The notes beneath the pieces are model-generated. The model ran no database searches and had not been told where the DNA came from. It was given only the letters and a program-made list of their open reading frames with translations. The position numbers and the translations under genes were made by a program. 64,000 nt of DNA from Nitrososphaerota archaeon (GTDB taxonomy: Archaea; Thermoproteota; Bathyarchaeia; Bathyarchaeales; Bathycorpusculaceae). The stretch lies in assembly GCA_031256395.1 (NCBI GenBank), contig JAIRQQ010000086.1, positions 37,420 through 101,419 on the forward strand, in the 5' to 3' direction. This document shows, one piece after another, positions 1-10,317 of the stretch; position 1 is the stretch's first letter; the number at the start of each line of letters is the position of its first letter.

Positions 1-99
1 ATAAAACTTGTAGTTGACTCTTTTATGTAAAGTAACTCTTAAATCCGGCGTCCCTTCTAATTAAATCACTCCCAAAACTAACTAAATGCCGGGACGTCT

Positions 100-678
100 A
101 TGTCTGAAATTGGTTTAAGCCCCAAAATGTTAGTTCGCGACATCATGAGTAGCCCAGTCGTAACCATGGACGAAAACGAAACCTCCAACAAAGCCGCCGA
201 AATAATGGACCAAAACAACCTAGGCGCAGTTATTGTCCAAAACAAAACCGGTACTCCCATAGGCATCATAACCGAGCGCGACATAGTAAAACGCGTAGTT
301 GCCAAAAACCAAAAACCCGACACCAAAAAAGCCAAAGATGTTATGACCACTCCTCTTGTCACAATCGAACCTGAAGCAGTCATAAGCGACGCCGCACGAA
401 AAATGACTCGACTAGGCATCAGACGATTAGGTGTCATCTACAAAGGCAACCTAGTTGGTATTCTCTCAAGCAAAGACATCCTAGGTGTCATGCCCGAACT
501 CTTAGAAATAATGCAAGAACGCTCACGCATCGAAGGCGCCGCAGCAAGCGAAGAACCCGAAGAAACCCCCCAATCCGGATACTGCGACAACTGCGAAGCA
601 TACTCTGAGAACCTAAAAGAATACAACGGACAAAACATCTGCGACGAATGCCGCCTCGAACTCGAACAAGAAAAATAA
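100..678 (+). CDS. CBS-domain pair protein with C-terminal Cys4 zinc ribbon
   Basis: Two CBS repeats (VRDIMSSPVVT..., AKDVMTTPLVT..., GIITERDI); C-terminal CDNC...CDEC. Confidence 0.9.
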   Translation: MSEIGLSPKMLVRDIMSSPVVTMDENETSNKAAEIMDQNNLGAVIVQNKTGTPIGIITERDIVKRVVAKNQKPDTKKAKDVMTTPLVTIEPEAVISDAARKMTRLGIRRLGVIYKGNLVGILSSKDILGVMPELLEIMQERSRIEGAAASEEPEETPQSGYCDNCEAYSENLKEYNGQNICDECRLELEQEK

Positions 679-758
679 CAACCAAACATCCTTCTTTCCT
701 ATAACTACCCCATTCTTGTACCCATCTCAAATCATAGTCGGTTGCCGAAAAAATCTGT

Positions 759-1826
759 TTAGCTAATTTGTTTGCCGCATTTTTCACAAAAAGTTGCATA
801 ACCCCTGTTGGCTACACCACAAAAGACGCAGAATTTTTCTATGGATTGGCTATTTTCTGCATGTTCACCCTTATGTGTAGCGGGGTTTGATGTTTGAGGG
901 ATAGATTTGATTCTTTTTGTTTTTGTGGACAGGACTGTTACCGCCATTAATGTTGCTATGGCTACAATAATTATAACAAACAACCCCGCGTTTTCGGTAA
1001 TCAAATCAAGCGATAGCGGCAAAACCGGTTGTGCCATAGGATCTGGAATTGACGGCGGAGCGATGGTTGTTGGATTTGGGTTAAAGGTTGGAGTTGTCTG
1101 GGTGGGGCTGGGCTGAACAGTTGGGGCGGTTAGTGCTATAGCGGGGATGAATTGGTTGGTTTCATATATGGCGTAGATCTTTACTGTTTGTCCGTTAAAC
1201 TCTTGGGGCAGCTGACCGATTTTAAAATTCACTCCGGTAGTTTCACAGTAGTAATATGTTTGATTAGAATCTGGAGGATACGCCCAGTGGGTGCCCCTCA
1301 AGTTATCGCCCAAGATGCCCACCGCATAATGATTTGGCGGATTGATATAGACCACCCCATAACCCATAATCCGCGTCAAAGTGGCAAACAGTATAGCTGT
1401 ATCCTCACAATCTCCGCCCTCATCAACTAGTGTTTCGATAGGAAACCTCGGATACTCATCATAACCCGTTGTAACTAAGTCTGAGGTATAGCGTAAATTC
1501 TGCACAAATGCCAACACAAAACTAACCTTATCGTAGTCATTATACCCCATCTGAGTTGTGATGTCCATGAGTTTTTGTGCTAATGACTTTATGTAATAAT
1601 CTTGGGTGGTTGTGAGATATCCATATCCTGCAGGGCCATTTCTTGTTCTAACAGACACCGAAACATCCCGATACGCATCATAGAGAGCAGTGGGGATACT
1701 TAGATTCCAAGTCCAATGCTGTCCATTATAGTCCCATGCAAACGATTTCTCATAGGTTTGTTCACTAGTTTGAGCGCTTGCTCTGGGGGGAGCTGTAATC
1801 ATTGATAGAGCTATTATGAGTATCAA
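759..1826 (-). CDS. Secreted, membrane-anchored transglutaminase-like cysteine protease-fold protein with C-terminal zinc ribbon
   Basis: Signal peptide; GDCEDTAIL (Cys), NHYAVGI (His), YYCETT; Pro/Thr linker, TM helix, CVFC...CEKC. Confidence 0.75.
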   Translation of the reverse strand: MILIIALSMITAPPRASAQTSEQTYEKSFAWDYNGQHWTWNLSIPTALYDAYRDVSVSVRTRNGPAGYGYLTTTQDYYIKSLAQKLMDITTQMGYNDYDKVSFVLAFVQNLRYTSDLVTTGYDEYPRFPIETLVDEGGDCEDTAILFATLTRIMGYGVVYINPPNHYAVGILGDNLRGTHWAYPPDSNQTYYYCETTGVNFKIGQLPQEFNGQTVKIYAIYETNQFIPAIALTAPTVQPSPTQTTPTFNPNPTTIAPPSIPDPMAQPVLPLSLDLITENAGLFVIIIVAIATLMAVTVLSTKTKRIKSIPQTSNPATHKGEHAENSQSIEKFCVFCGVANRGYATFCEKCGKQIS

Positions 1827-1929
1827 TGAAAGGGTGGTTAAGAACCGGACTGGTTTAAAACTTGGATAATTTATTTACATCCTGTCCTAACAAAAAATTC
1901 GCAGGCTACTGTTTAAGTGTTTTTCCAAA

Positions 1930-2226
1930 TCACTTTTTAATTATGCCATAACTTTGTTTTTTCCATGCATCTCGGAACTTGTTGTAGTAATCCACACCTT
2001 GGAAAACAGGTGCATAGGTGAGTTCCCATTCAAGACCACATTTGCAAACCGCATAGGCTTTTTTGTTTTTGGTGTCGACAAACATTTGCAAGAATTCTTT
2101 GCGGCACTTGGGGCAGTAGTAGGGGCCATTTACCATCTGTTTGGCATCTTTGGTGAGGATCTTCATACCGCTGGCTGTGACTTTGTGTAGATCTTTGCTT
2201 TCTTTGACGGGTTTCTCTGAACTCAT
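1930..2226 (-). CDS. elf1: Elf1-like transcription elongation factor (zinc ribbon)
   Basis: CPKC...CKCG followed by VDYYNKFRD, resembling the Elf1 VDVYxxFxD motif. Confidence 0.65.
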   Translation of the reverse strand: MSSEKPVKESKDLHKVTASGMKILTKDAKQMVNGPYYCPKCRKEFLQMFVDTKNKKAYAVCKCGLEWELTYAPVFQGVDYYNKFRDAWKKQSYGIIKK

Positions 2227-2755
2227 ATATAGTGACTATATCTGCACTAAGATATACTCTTCCATTTAAAACTTGAATTTTTATCTCAAAACCCTAAAAC
2301 TGCTGACAATGGTGTTTAATTTGGGGGTGACTTTGTTTTAATATTGTTGTTTTGTTTTATTTTTGTTTGTGTTGTTGTGGTGGGGTGAATGTGTGTTGTA
2401 TTGGTTTTTATGTGCTGATTTTTATTGTTTTATTTGTCGTGTTTGGATTGATGGGAGACTTTTAACTTGTGTTGTCTTTATTGCTATATTGTTTGATTAG
2501 TAATTTTACCGGATTTTAATCTGATTTCGTCATATATTGTTTGAATTTATTGTTTTTTATTAAAAAAATTGCTTAGAGTTTATTTGATGCAATGCTTTAT
2601 TTTTTTGTATTATTGTATTATATTTAATTTACGTTGTTCGTGTTGAATTTTTTTTTATTCTTGAAATCGAAATATTACAATTTAGGAATATTCTGGTTTT
2701 TTTCATGCCGCTTTAAATCAAGACAGCGTTTGCTGTTACGTAATGGGGAAGATAT

Positions 2756-4639
2756 ATGAAAACATCCAAATCATTCAAAAAATATTTGTCACTACTCATA
2801 GTGATCTGTATAGTTGCTTTGTTGTCTGTTACCATAGTAACAGCAGAAAGCAACATCACAAACAATTTGACGTTAAGCTCTGAGGCGAGCGTAGAAATAA
2901 ACTCTCTCGCCGCTGATAACAATAGTCCTATAGTGTATTATGTAACAAATTGGACTCAATTAAAAAATGCACTAGACTACGCTACAGCTAACCCTGGCGA
3001 AGCTGTAGATATACATATCAATGGAACTGTTTCCGCTAATGACCGATTTACTGTCCCTGCAAACGTATATCTCTACATTGACAGTGGACAAACACTCAAT
3101 GTTAACGGCGGAAAAAATGGAATCGATAACTATGGCGTAATTTTCATTTACGGTACAATTAACCACTCAAATAACGTTACAAACCATCCAGACAGCGTAG
3201 TTGTTTTTGATGGTGGAAAAATTCTAGGAAATGATAAACTTCTTGTAGGTGCTATACAAATAGATTTTCGCGGTAGCTGGGTAATAACATTTGACGCTAA
3301 TGGCGGAACAATCAACGGACAAAATAGAAACACAACTTCTGTGCTAAAGACAAACCCCTACTTAGCCCCGCCTGTTGACCCAATCAGATTTGGCTTCAAG
3401 TTTGATGGTTGGTATACAGTTACCGATGGCGTAAACAAATGGAATTTTGCTAATGCATTTACTGCTGATACAACGCTGTACGCGTATTGGATACCTCTTC
3501 ACAGTATCACATATACATATGACGAACCAGTGCCGATCAATGCACCATTCCCGCATGAAACGAGATCTAATGTAGAATCTGGTACTGCCCAAACAGTACT
3601 AAGCAACCCATTCTGTACGGGTTATACATTCAGCGGATGGACAACAACTGATGTTACAGTAGATGCTAATGGTCACTTTACAATGCCCGATACAGACGTA
3701 ACCTTTACAGGTTCATGGACGCGTGATGCTTCTCAGACTAAGGTGTTGAGTTACACGGTTGATTACTATCTTGATGGTGTCTTTGAGGAAACTCAGACTG
3801 TTAGTAAGACTGTGTGGGTCAATGATGTTGATTTAGCTGTTGATGCTCTTGATTTGGGTAGATACACCGGTTACAAGTTGGATTCTACTGTTCCTGTTGC
3901 ATGGCCGACGATGACTGTTGGTGGTAGTGCGTTTGAGGCTTATTATGTTCTAGATGTCGAACAGTTGGAATTCGTCGTAGAATTCAAAAATTGGAATGGT
4001 GATCTTCTAAAGTCTGAAACTGTTCTCTATGGCAATAATGCAACTGCTCCAGCCGATCCTACCCGAGCTGGTTATCGCTTCACTGGCTGGGATACAAGTT
4101 TCATCAATGTAACATCGAACCTCATTGTTACAGCACAATATACCCAACTAACCCAAACCAATGACTCTTCAAGTTCCTCTTCGTCTAGCAGTTCCTCTTC
4201 AAGTTACTCTTCGTCTAGCAGTTCCTCTTCTAACGTCAATGTGCCAAGCGATGATATAGAATATCGTGATACTGAAACTTCCATCATATCTGATGATGCC
4301 GACGAGTCTTTGGTTATGTGGGCGTTTGTAAATCTATTGTTGAGCATTGCGGGTGTTCTGTTGGTAATTTTGGCTGTTATTGGTGTGATGTTGCAACAAA
4401 AATCAGAGAACAGCAAAACCAAGCAAAATGTTGCAGGACAAGGTAAACAGCACAGCGCAGTGTGGCTAGTTGTGATGGTTGCTTTGAGTGTTGCAGGAAT
4501 TGTAGTGTTTCTGCTCACACAAAATATGCAGGGCAGTATGGTGATGACAGACAATTGGACAATCGTAAACGCGATTATCTTTGCAATAGAACTCATCCCC
4601 ATAGCACTCATATTCAAAAGCAAAAAAGCACCGAACTAA
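2756..4639 (+). CDS. Cell-surface protein with InlB B-repeat (Listeria-Bacteroides) domains, Ser-rich linker and 3-TM C-terminal anchor
   Basis: Signal peptide; ITFDANGG...P.RFGFKFDGWY, GYTFSGW and P.RAGYRFTGW repeats; poly-Ser; three hydrophobic C-terminal segments. Confidence 0.85.
   Translation: MKTSKSFKKYLSLLIVICIVALLSVTIVTAESNITNNLTLSSEASVEINSLAADNNSPIVYYVTNWTQLKNALDYATANPGEAVDIHINGTVSANDRFTVPANVYLYIDSGQTLNVNGGKNGIDNYGVIFIYGTINHSNNVTNHPDSVVVFDGGKILGNDKLLVGAIQIDFRGSWVITFDANGGTINGQNRNTTSVLKTNPYLAPPVDPIRFGFKFDGWYTVTDGVNKWNFANAFTADTTLYAYWIPLHSITYTYDEPVPINAPFPHETRSNVESGTAQTVLSNPFCTGYTFSGWTTTDVTVDANGHFTMPDTDVTFTGSWTRDASQTKVLSYTVDYYLDGVFEETQTVSKTVWVNDVDLAVDALDLGRYTGYKLDSTVPVAWPTMTVGGSAFEAYYVLDVEQLEFVVEFKNWNGDLLKSETVLYGNNATAPADPTRAGYRFTGWDTSFINVTSNLIVTAQYTQLTQTNDSSSSSSSSSSSSSYSSSSSSSSNVNVPSDDIEYRDTETSIISDDADESLVMWAFVNLLLSIAGVLLVILAVIGVMLQQKSENSKTKQNVAGQGKQHSAVWLVVMVALSVAGIVVFLLTQNMQGSMVMTDNWTIVNAIIFAIELIPIALIFKSKKAPN
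4165..4230 (+). repeat. 30-bp tandem duplication encoding a poly-Ser linker
   Basis: ctcttcaagttcctcttcgtctagcagttc / ctcttcaagttactcttcgtctagcagttc, then ctcttc. Confidence 0.9.
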
Positions 4640-4918
4640 AACCTGATTGCAACCTCCCAACAATCCCCTACAGGGGACTTTTCTCCTTTTTATTAACCCC
4701 CCTTATTTTTTTATTTTCGCTGTATGATTCCCTGTGAAACACCCGAACACAAAATCATCCAAAACCCGTAACTGCCCAATTATTCTTGACATCCTTACTG
4801 ATCACATTAAACAGCTTCGCTATTATGTCAACTACATTCCACTACCGCTACAATACAACACCTGCAAAAATATAATGGTCCTCATTTGATCGAACAAGAA
4901 GACTTTTAATTAGATAAC

Positions 4919-4927
4919 CTTAAATTT
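4919..4927 (+). promoter_or_regulatory. Probable TATA box of tRNA-Gly
   Basis: CTTAAATTT about 25-33 nt upstream of the tRNA 5' end. Confidence 0.4.
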
Positions 4928-4951
4928 CGCTGGGGATATGGACTATCCAGC

Positions 4952-5030
4952 GCGGCCGTCGTCTAGTCTGGTTTAGGACTTTAGCCTTCCAAGCTAATGA
5001 TCCCGGGTTCAAATCCCGGCGACCGCACCA
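4952..5030 (+). tRNA. tRNA-Gly (TCC), CCA encoded, no intron
   Basis: Cloverleaf: GCGGCCG acceptor, TTAGC-CTTCCAA-GCTAA anticodon arm, CCGGG-TTCAAAT-CCCGG T arm, ACCA end. Confidence 0.97.
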
Positions 5031-5269
5031 CACTCACATATAGCGCTATACCTAATTTTTGACTTTCAAAATTTCATGATTCTGAATGGAACCTACCATA
5101 GATAAATCTCCATCAGCAATAACGGTTTACCAGTGGTTTAACTCTGTATACACATATTTTCAATGCTATTATCTGATGTCGTTTTTTGCGTGAGGTAGTG
5201 TAAGCGGCTCTCTTTGTTCGTAAATAGAAACCTTCTTTACCCAACCATGGTGTCACCAGTATAGGAGAC

Positions 5270-6037
5270 ATGTTTATGCCTTTAGCGTTCATTATTGGAA
5301 CTGCGGGTTCAGGTAAATCTCTCTTTACGGCTGCCTTTGCTGAGTGGTTAAAGGTGAGTAAGCAGGATGTTGCTGTTGTTAATCTTGATCCGGGAGCGCT
5401 TAAGTTGCCTTATCAGCCTGATGTTGATGTCCGTAATTATGTGGATGTTGGGGATTTAATGGAAAAATATGGTTTGGGACCCAATGGGGCTCTTATTATG
5501 GCGGCGGATTTGATTGCTGATGAGATTGAGAATTTGACGCGCGATATTGAGGAGGCTCACGCAGATATTGTTTTGGTGGATACACCTGGGCAGATGGAGC
5601 TTTTTGCTTTTCGTGCAAGCGGACCCTACATTGTTAATGAATTAACTAAAGAGCCCAAGGCGCTTGTTTATCTCTTTGATGCTGTTTTTAGTGTTAATCC
5701 TCTTAACTATGTCTCTAACATGTTTCTCTCCGCTGCGGTGTATAATCGTTTCTTTCAGCCACAGTTGCATGTGCTCTCTAAAGCCGATTTGGTTCCACCG
5801 AAGGATGTGCAAGCGGTTGCGTCTTGGTCCGCTAATCCTCTGGCGCTCGAAGATGCCATTGAGGCAAAGCTCGATGGCACCAAGCGCCTCTTTAGCCGCA
5901 ACATGATGCAGGCAATCAACAAGTTGGGCTTAAAATTTCTCCTATCGCCGGTGTCTTCGAGAACCAACGAGGGTATGGTTAACATCAACACCGTCTTGGA
6001 GCGCATTTTAAATGACGGTGAAAAATACACCACTTAG
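5270..6037 (+). CDS. GPN-loop GTPase
   Basis: GTAGSGKS P-loop, NLDPG, LGPNG (GPN), DTPGQME. Confidence 0.95.
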   Translation: MFMPLAFIIGTAGSGKSLFTAAFAEWLKVSKQDVAVVNLDPGALKLPYQPDVDVRNYVDVGDLMEKYGLGPNGALIMAADLIADEIENLTRDIEEAHADIVLVDTPGQMELFAFRASGPYIVNELTKEPKALVYLFDAVFSVNPLNYVSNMFLSAAVYNRFFQPQLHVLSKADLVPPKDVQAVASWSANPLALEDAIEAKLDGTKRLFSRNMMQAINKLGLKFLLSPVSSRTNEGMVNINTVLERILNDGEKYTT

Positions 6038-6660
6038 CTGTTGATTAGTGACCATGTGGCGGCAAATGCACCCCGCTTAGCCTTTAGGGCTGATTCAGCG
6101 CCTGCCACAACTATTACGTCTTTGTCTTGGGGCTTTAGCCCTTCAAGGAGCTGGCTGGCCGCGCTTGGAAACTGTTTCTCTATATTGTCGCTCACCGATT
6201 CAATTCCTAGCTGGCCGTTTTTGTATACTATAACTAGGGCTTGACGTGCACCTGCGATGATAGCCGCGTCTCGTTGATTGATGCCGGTGCCGACTTTTTC
6301 TGCTCGGCCTCTCAAGAGATAGGCATGATTAAATTCTGAGGGGGTTAAATCTGATTGAGGTATGGTTGTTTGTTTGGGAAACACTGCTTCGAATTGTTGC
6401 CAGATTTCTCGACCTTTAGTGGTCAAGTTGGCGCCGCCTTTGGAGATCTCAATCAGTTCAGCATCTTTGAGCCGGCTAATTATGGTGCGCACTGCCCCAT
6501 CACCGACATGAAGTTTTTCTGCTAATTTATTTCTACCCAGTGGTCTCTCAGCTAAGAGCTCGAGTGTGTAGTATAGGTGGAATATAGTGAATGATGTGGA
6601 GGGTCCAGGCGCTTTTTTCTCCGCAATTTGTTGCATAAATTTCTTCAAAGACACCGCCAT
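6034..6660 (-). CDS. wHTH protein of the DUF4443/DUF2111 type
   Basis: N-terminal GR..LA..L.VGDGAVRTII HTH; GINQRDAAIIAGA motif. Confidence 0.75.
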   Translation of the reverse strand: MAVSLKKFMQQIAEKKAPGPSTSFTIFHLYYTLELLAERPLGRNKLAEKLHVGDGAVRTIISRLKDAELIEISKGGANLTTKGREIWQQFEAVFPKQTTIPQSDLTPSEFNHAYLLRGRAEKVGTGINQRDAAIIAGARQALVIVYKNGQLGIESVSDNIEKQFPSAASQLLEGLKPQDKDVIVVAGAESALKAKRGAFAATWSLINS

Positions 6661-6974
6661 GTTTCCGCCTCTACATACTTAACACGGCTAACTACTTATA
6701 ATTTATCTGTCCACACCGCTCTCTTTTTGCGGCTTGAGTACAACCCAACAATTGTCTGGTTGGTATTTTTGATGTTGCGTGTAGTGTGTAGAAATTTTTG
6801 TGCGCGGGTATCTATAGTTAAATTCGTCACAGATTTGTGTGTTTGGGCTTTTTTGTTTAGGTTAGTTATTGGTTGTGTTATATTGTTTATTTAAAATGGA
6901 TTTTTTTCAGCAGAAAGAAATATAAGAAAACTGGGGGGTAGTGTACGTCAAGTTGCTTAACGGAAGAGAACCCC

Positions 6975-8144
6975 ATGAAGCGAAACGGAAAATACTTGTT
7001 CACATCTGAATCTGTTGGAGAAGGTCATCCAGACAAGGTTGCCGATCAAATTTCTGACAGTGTTCTAGATGCTATTTTCACCCAAGACCCCAAAGCCCGT
7101 GTCGACTGTGAAACAATTGTTATGCAGGGCACAGTCATAATTACTGGCCAAATTACAACTCCTGTTTCTGTGGATATTCCAAAAATTGTCCGCGGAACCC
7201 TAAAAGACATAGGCTTTGACAACGCCAAAGACGGCCTAGATTGGGAAACTTGCGGTATTCTTGTCTCCTTAACCGCTCAGAGTCCTGATATTGCTATGGG
7301 CGTTAACGAGTTTAATGGTCATGAGCAGGGTGCGGGTGATCAGGGTATGGTTTTTGGTTATGCTAGCAATGAAACCAAAGAACTCATGCCATTGCCCATC
7401 ATGTTGGCTCACAAACTCGTAAAGCGTCTAGCGGAGGTGCGAAAAGACGGTACCATGCCCTATTTGCGTCCCGACTGCAAATCTCAGGTTACTGTTGAGT
7501 ATGAGGACGGGAAACCCAAATGTGTCAAAACCGTGGTTATAGCGGCTCAAAACAACGGCTCCATTGAGGATGCTGTTCTTAAAAAACAAATCATTGAGCA
7601 AGTCATAAAACACGTTATCCCAAGCGAACTAATCCCTGCTGATATCAAATATGTCATCAACGGTACTGGTCGTTTTGTTATCGGTGGAACCCTTGCCGAT
7701 TCAGGCTTAACTGGCAGAAAAATCATCGTTGATACCTATGGTGGTGTTGGCAGTCACGGCGGCGGTTGCTTTAGCGGCAAAGACCCCTCCAAAGTCGATC
7801 GTAGCGGTTGTTACATGGCACGATACATCGCAAAAAACGTCGTAGCCTCCGGCTTAGCCGATCAATGCGAAGTCCAAATCAGCTATGCCATAGGCGTCGC
7901 CCAACCCATATCTGTGCTGGTTAATACCTACGGAACCGGCAAATTAGCCGATGAGCAAATCCTTGAGCTTGTCAAAAAACACTTCGACATGCGACCCAAA
8001 GCAATCATCGACCAACTCAACCTGCTACGTCCAATCTATAGGCAAACTGCTTCGTTTGGTCACTTTGGACGCGACGAGCTCCCTTGGGAAAAAACTGATA
8101 AGGCCGACAGCCTCAAGAAAGACCTTGAGGCAACCAAAGTCTAA
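6975..8144 (+). CDS. metK: S-adenosylmethionine synthetase, bacterial/eukaryotic-type MAT
   Basis: [54 protein letters not shown]. Confidence 0.97.
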   Translation: MKRNGKYLFTSESVGEGHPDKVADQISDSVLDAIFTQDPKARVDCETIVMQGTVIITGQITTPVSVDIPKIVRGTLKDIGFDNAKDGLDWETCGILVSLTAQSPDIAMGVNEFNGHEQGAGDQGMVFGYASNETKELMPLPIMLAHKLVKRLAEVRKDGTMPYLRPDCKSQVTVEYEDGKPKCVKTVVIAAQNNGSIEDAVLKKQIIEQVIKHVIPSELIPADIKYVINGTGRFVIGGTLADSGLTGRKIIVDTYGGVGSHGGGCFSGKDPSKVDRSGCYMARYIAKNVVASGLADQCEVQISYAIGVAQPISVLVNTYGTGKLADEQILELVKKHFDMRPKAIIDQLNLLRPIYRQTASFGHFGRDELPWEKTDKADSLKKDLEATKV

Positions 8145-8260
8145 CTCTGCCTTCTTTTCCTTTTATCTTTATTTTAGCGCTTTTTGTTGTTTTATGTGTG
8201 CTTCTATATTGCTCAATCTGGCTGGTTCCTCTGTTTTCCAAGCAACAGCTGACCGTTAGT

Positions 8261-8752
8261 TTATCCGCCGCCTGGTGAGCCGTGAAATGGTGCGCCTTCC
8301 CAGAGCAGTTTCCACCAGTCATCCTCAGTTATAGTTTCACCCTGTACAATTATGTCTAAAACTCTCTTTAACATGGCATGATGGCGGCACTCATCCTCGA
8401 GTATGGCGTTTAGCAAAAAAACCACTTTAGCGTTCTCTATTTCGGGGATTTTTTCTTTGAGGACTTTTATAAGTTCTGCTTCCAATGCGATATGTTTCTC
8501 CACCAACGCCCGTTGTTTGTCCAGATCCTCCTGAGCTAAGGCTGTCGAGGCACTGCTGCTTAACAAGGTGAGCGCTGAGGTGTAGCGATCGGCATGTTTC
8601 ACCGAATCCAACGAAACCCCCTTTAATACACCCTTAACGGCGGGGTTTTTCATACCAACAAGTGCTGTCTCCAACGAATCCACAATCTCATTCTCAACCG
8701 TTACCTGCTTTTTAAGAAAATCCCCTAAACTGCTACTTTGTTTATCCTCCAT
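8261..8752 (-). CDS. Ferritin-like four-helix protein
   Basis: Paired E/D-xx-H motifs (DSVKH, EDECRHH) in a helical bundle. Confidence 0.7.
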   Translation of the reverse strand: MEDKQSSSLGDFLKKQVTVENEIVDSLETALVGMKNPAVKGVLKGVSLDSVKHADRYTSALTLLSSSASTALAQEDLDKQRALVEKHIALEAELIKVLKEKIPEIENAKVVFLLNAILEDECRHHAMLKRVLDIIVQGETITEDDWWKLLWEGAPFHGSPGGG

Positions 8753-8810
8753 TATAACAAACCTCGATAAATTTTTATTAAAATATTAACCGTTAACTTT
8801 TTGGATTGTT

Positions 8811-9098
8811 TTATTCTATTTTTCCTATTTCTTTTGTTACGTCAATGGGTGAGTTGTAGGTTTTGTCTGGAAGTTTGGCAATCAAGTTCATGACATCTTG
8901 GGGTGCTGTTTTGCTTTGGGCGCTGTCTATCAAGTTTTTTTTATTTGCCGGGTAGTGCATACCTTTGAGATACTTTACAAGGATGACTGGGCTGACGTGA
9001 CCTGCCTTTTCACTTCGATTTGTATGTTGCATTCTTGAGCCTTGTTTTTGTACAATTTCTCTATGCTGAGTTGTTGCTGTTGTTGTTTGTTCTCTCAT
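8811..9098 (-). CDS. DUF2795-like small protein
   Basis: YLKGMHYPANKKNLI...LPDKTYNSPIDV; GGAGG SD upstream. Confidence 0.8.
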   Translation of the reverse strand: MREQTTTATTQHREIVQKQGSRMQHTNRSEKAGHVSPVILVKYLKGMHYPANKKNLIDSAQSKTAPQDVMNLIAKLPDKTYNSPIDVTKEIGKIE

Positions 9099-9152
9099 GT
9101 TGGTTCCACCTCCAAACCTGATAGTTAAAAAATAAAAGGAGCGGACTCATCG

Positions 9153-9320
9153 TTATTTTTCAAGTTCTTTGCCTTCTTCGATGAGTCTTTTTACTTTTTG
9201 ACCGCCTTTATGGCCGATTTCGCTGTAGAATTCGGGGCCGTGGGTTTCTGCTGTTTTTTCTCCTCCGAGGCGGCCTGCTTCTTCAACGGTCATCTTTCCT
9301 CTTTTTCTCTCAGACAACAC
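9153..9320 (-). CDS. KGG-repeat general stress protein (GsiB/Em-like), copy 5; absent from ORF track (55 aa)
   Basis: Manual translation (V)LSERKRGKMTVEEAGRLGGEKTAETHGPEFYSEIGHKGGQKVKRLIEEGKELEK*; GGAGGTGA SD. Confidence 0.85.
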   Translation of the reverse strand: MLSERKRGKMTVEEAGRLGGEKTAETHGPEFYSEIGHKGGQKVKRLIEEGKELEK

Positions 9321-9829
9321 TTCACCTCCTCTTTCTTCTTCTTAATTTGGTTAATTTGTAAAAAACTGATTATCTGGTCTCCTGTGCTTTGCCTTCCTTG
9401 ATGAGCATTCGGACTTTTTGTCCACCTTTGTGTCCTATGGCTTCATAGAATTCTCTGCCGTGGGTTTCTGCGGTTCTTCGTCCACCTTTCTGTCCGCCTA
9501 AACGTCCCGCTTCTTGGACGCTCATCGTTCCTTTTTTTGGGTAATCAGTCAACAAATTCACCTCCACCTAAAAATCCCATCGTTGATGGGTGTGTGTTTA
9601 GCTGTTATTGTTCTTCGTAGGTTTTGCCTTCCTCGACTAGTTTTCTGACTCGTTGTCCGCCTTTATGTCCGGCTTCTTCGAGACTGGTTTTGCCCTCCGC
9701 GGCACGGGTGCCTTCGTGTTGTTTGGCTCTCTGGGCGCCGCCTTTGCTGCCGATTTCGCTGTAGAATTCGGGGCCGTGGGTTTCTGCTGTTTTTTCTCCT
9801 CCGAGGCGGCCTGCTTCTTCAACGGTCAT
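9213..9829. repeat. Identical 81-bp segment shared by two KGG genes (9213-9293 and 9749-9829)
   Basis: gccgatttcgctgtagaattcggggccg...cttcttcaacggtcat is identical at both positions. Confidence 0.9.
9370..9555 (-). CDS. KGG-repeat general stress protein, copy 4
   Basis: MSVQEAGRLGG...HGREFYEAIGHKGG; GGAGGTGA SD then TTG start. Confidence 0.85.
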   Translation of the reverse strand: MLTDYPKKGTMSVQEAGRLGGQKGGRRTAETHGREFYEAIGHKGGQKVRMLIKEGKAQETR

Positions 9830-9856
9830 TTTGCCTCTCCTTTTGTCTTCGCTCAA
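9605..9856 (-). CDS. KGG-repeat general stress protein, copy 3
   Basis: MTVEEAGRLGG...EFYSEIGSKGG...EEAGHKGG; GGAGGTGA SD plus TTG. Confidence 0.88.
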   Translation of the reverse strand: MSEDKRRGKMTVEEAGRLGGEKTAETHGPEFYSEIGSKGGAQRAKQHEGTRAAEGKTSLEEAGHKGGQRVRKLVEEGKTYEEQ

Positions 9857-10052
9857 AAATATTCACCTCCAAAAAATTAAACGGTGCTTTGCTTTTCTTC
9901 CAGTGACTAGCCCCAAACATTATTCATAAACATATGTGACTATATACAAACAGCAGCAACAAACCCCTAAATAAATTCAAAAATTTATAAAAATAGAAAA
10001 ATAAACAAATAATTGGATAGTTAAAAAACAAACAAATAGGTGATGCGGCCAT

Positions 10053-10241
10053 CTATTTGTTTTCGTATTTTTTGCCTTCTTCGATAAGTGTACGGACACG
10101 CTGGCCTCCTTTGGGTCCGCCAATTCTTCCGCCTTTGCGTCCAATTTCACTGTAGAATTCTTCACCGTGGGTCTCAGCGGTTTTTAGCCCGCCTTTGCGT
10201 CCGGCTTCTTCTACAGTCATTTTTCCTTTTCTTTCTTCCAA
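10053..10241 (-). CDS. KGG-repeat general stress protein, copy 2
   Basis: MTVEEAGRKGG...EFYSEIGRKGG; start reassigned to the TTG after the GGAGGTGA SD. Confidence 0.85.
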   Translation of the reverse strand: MEERKGKMTVEEAGRKGGLKTAETHGEEFYSEIGRKGGRIGGPKGGQRVRTLIEEGKKYENK

Positions 10242-10317
10242 AAAAACTTCACCTCCATCATCATCACCATCTAAAAATAAACTACAAAAATGGGAACCTG
10301 TCACACTAAATTGTTGA

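Noticed and set aside
6660-6975. SAM riboswitch upstream of metK
   Set aside because: No SAM-I/II consensus elements are recognisable; the region is low-complexity and G/T-rich.
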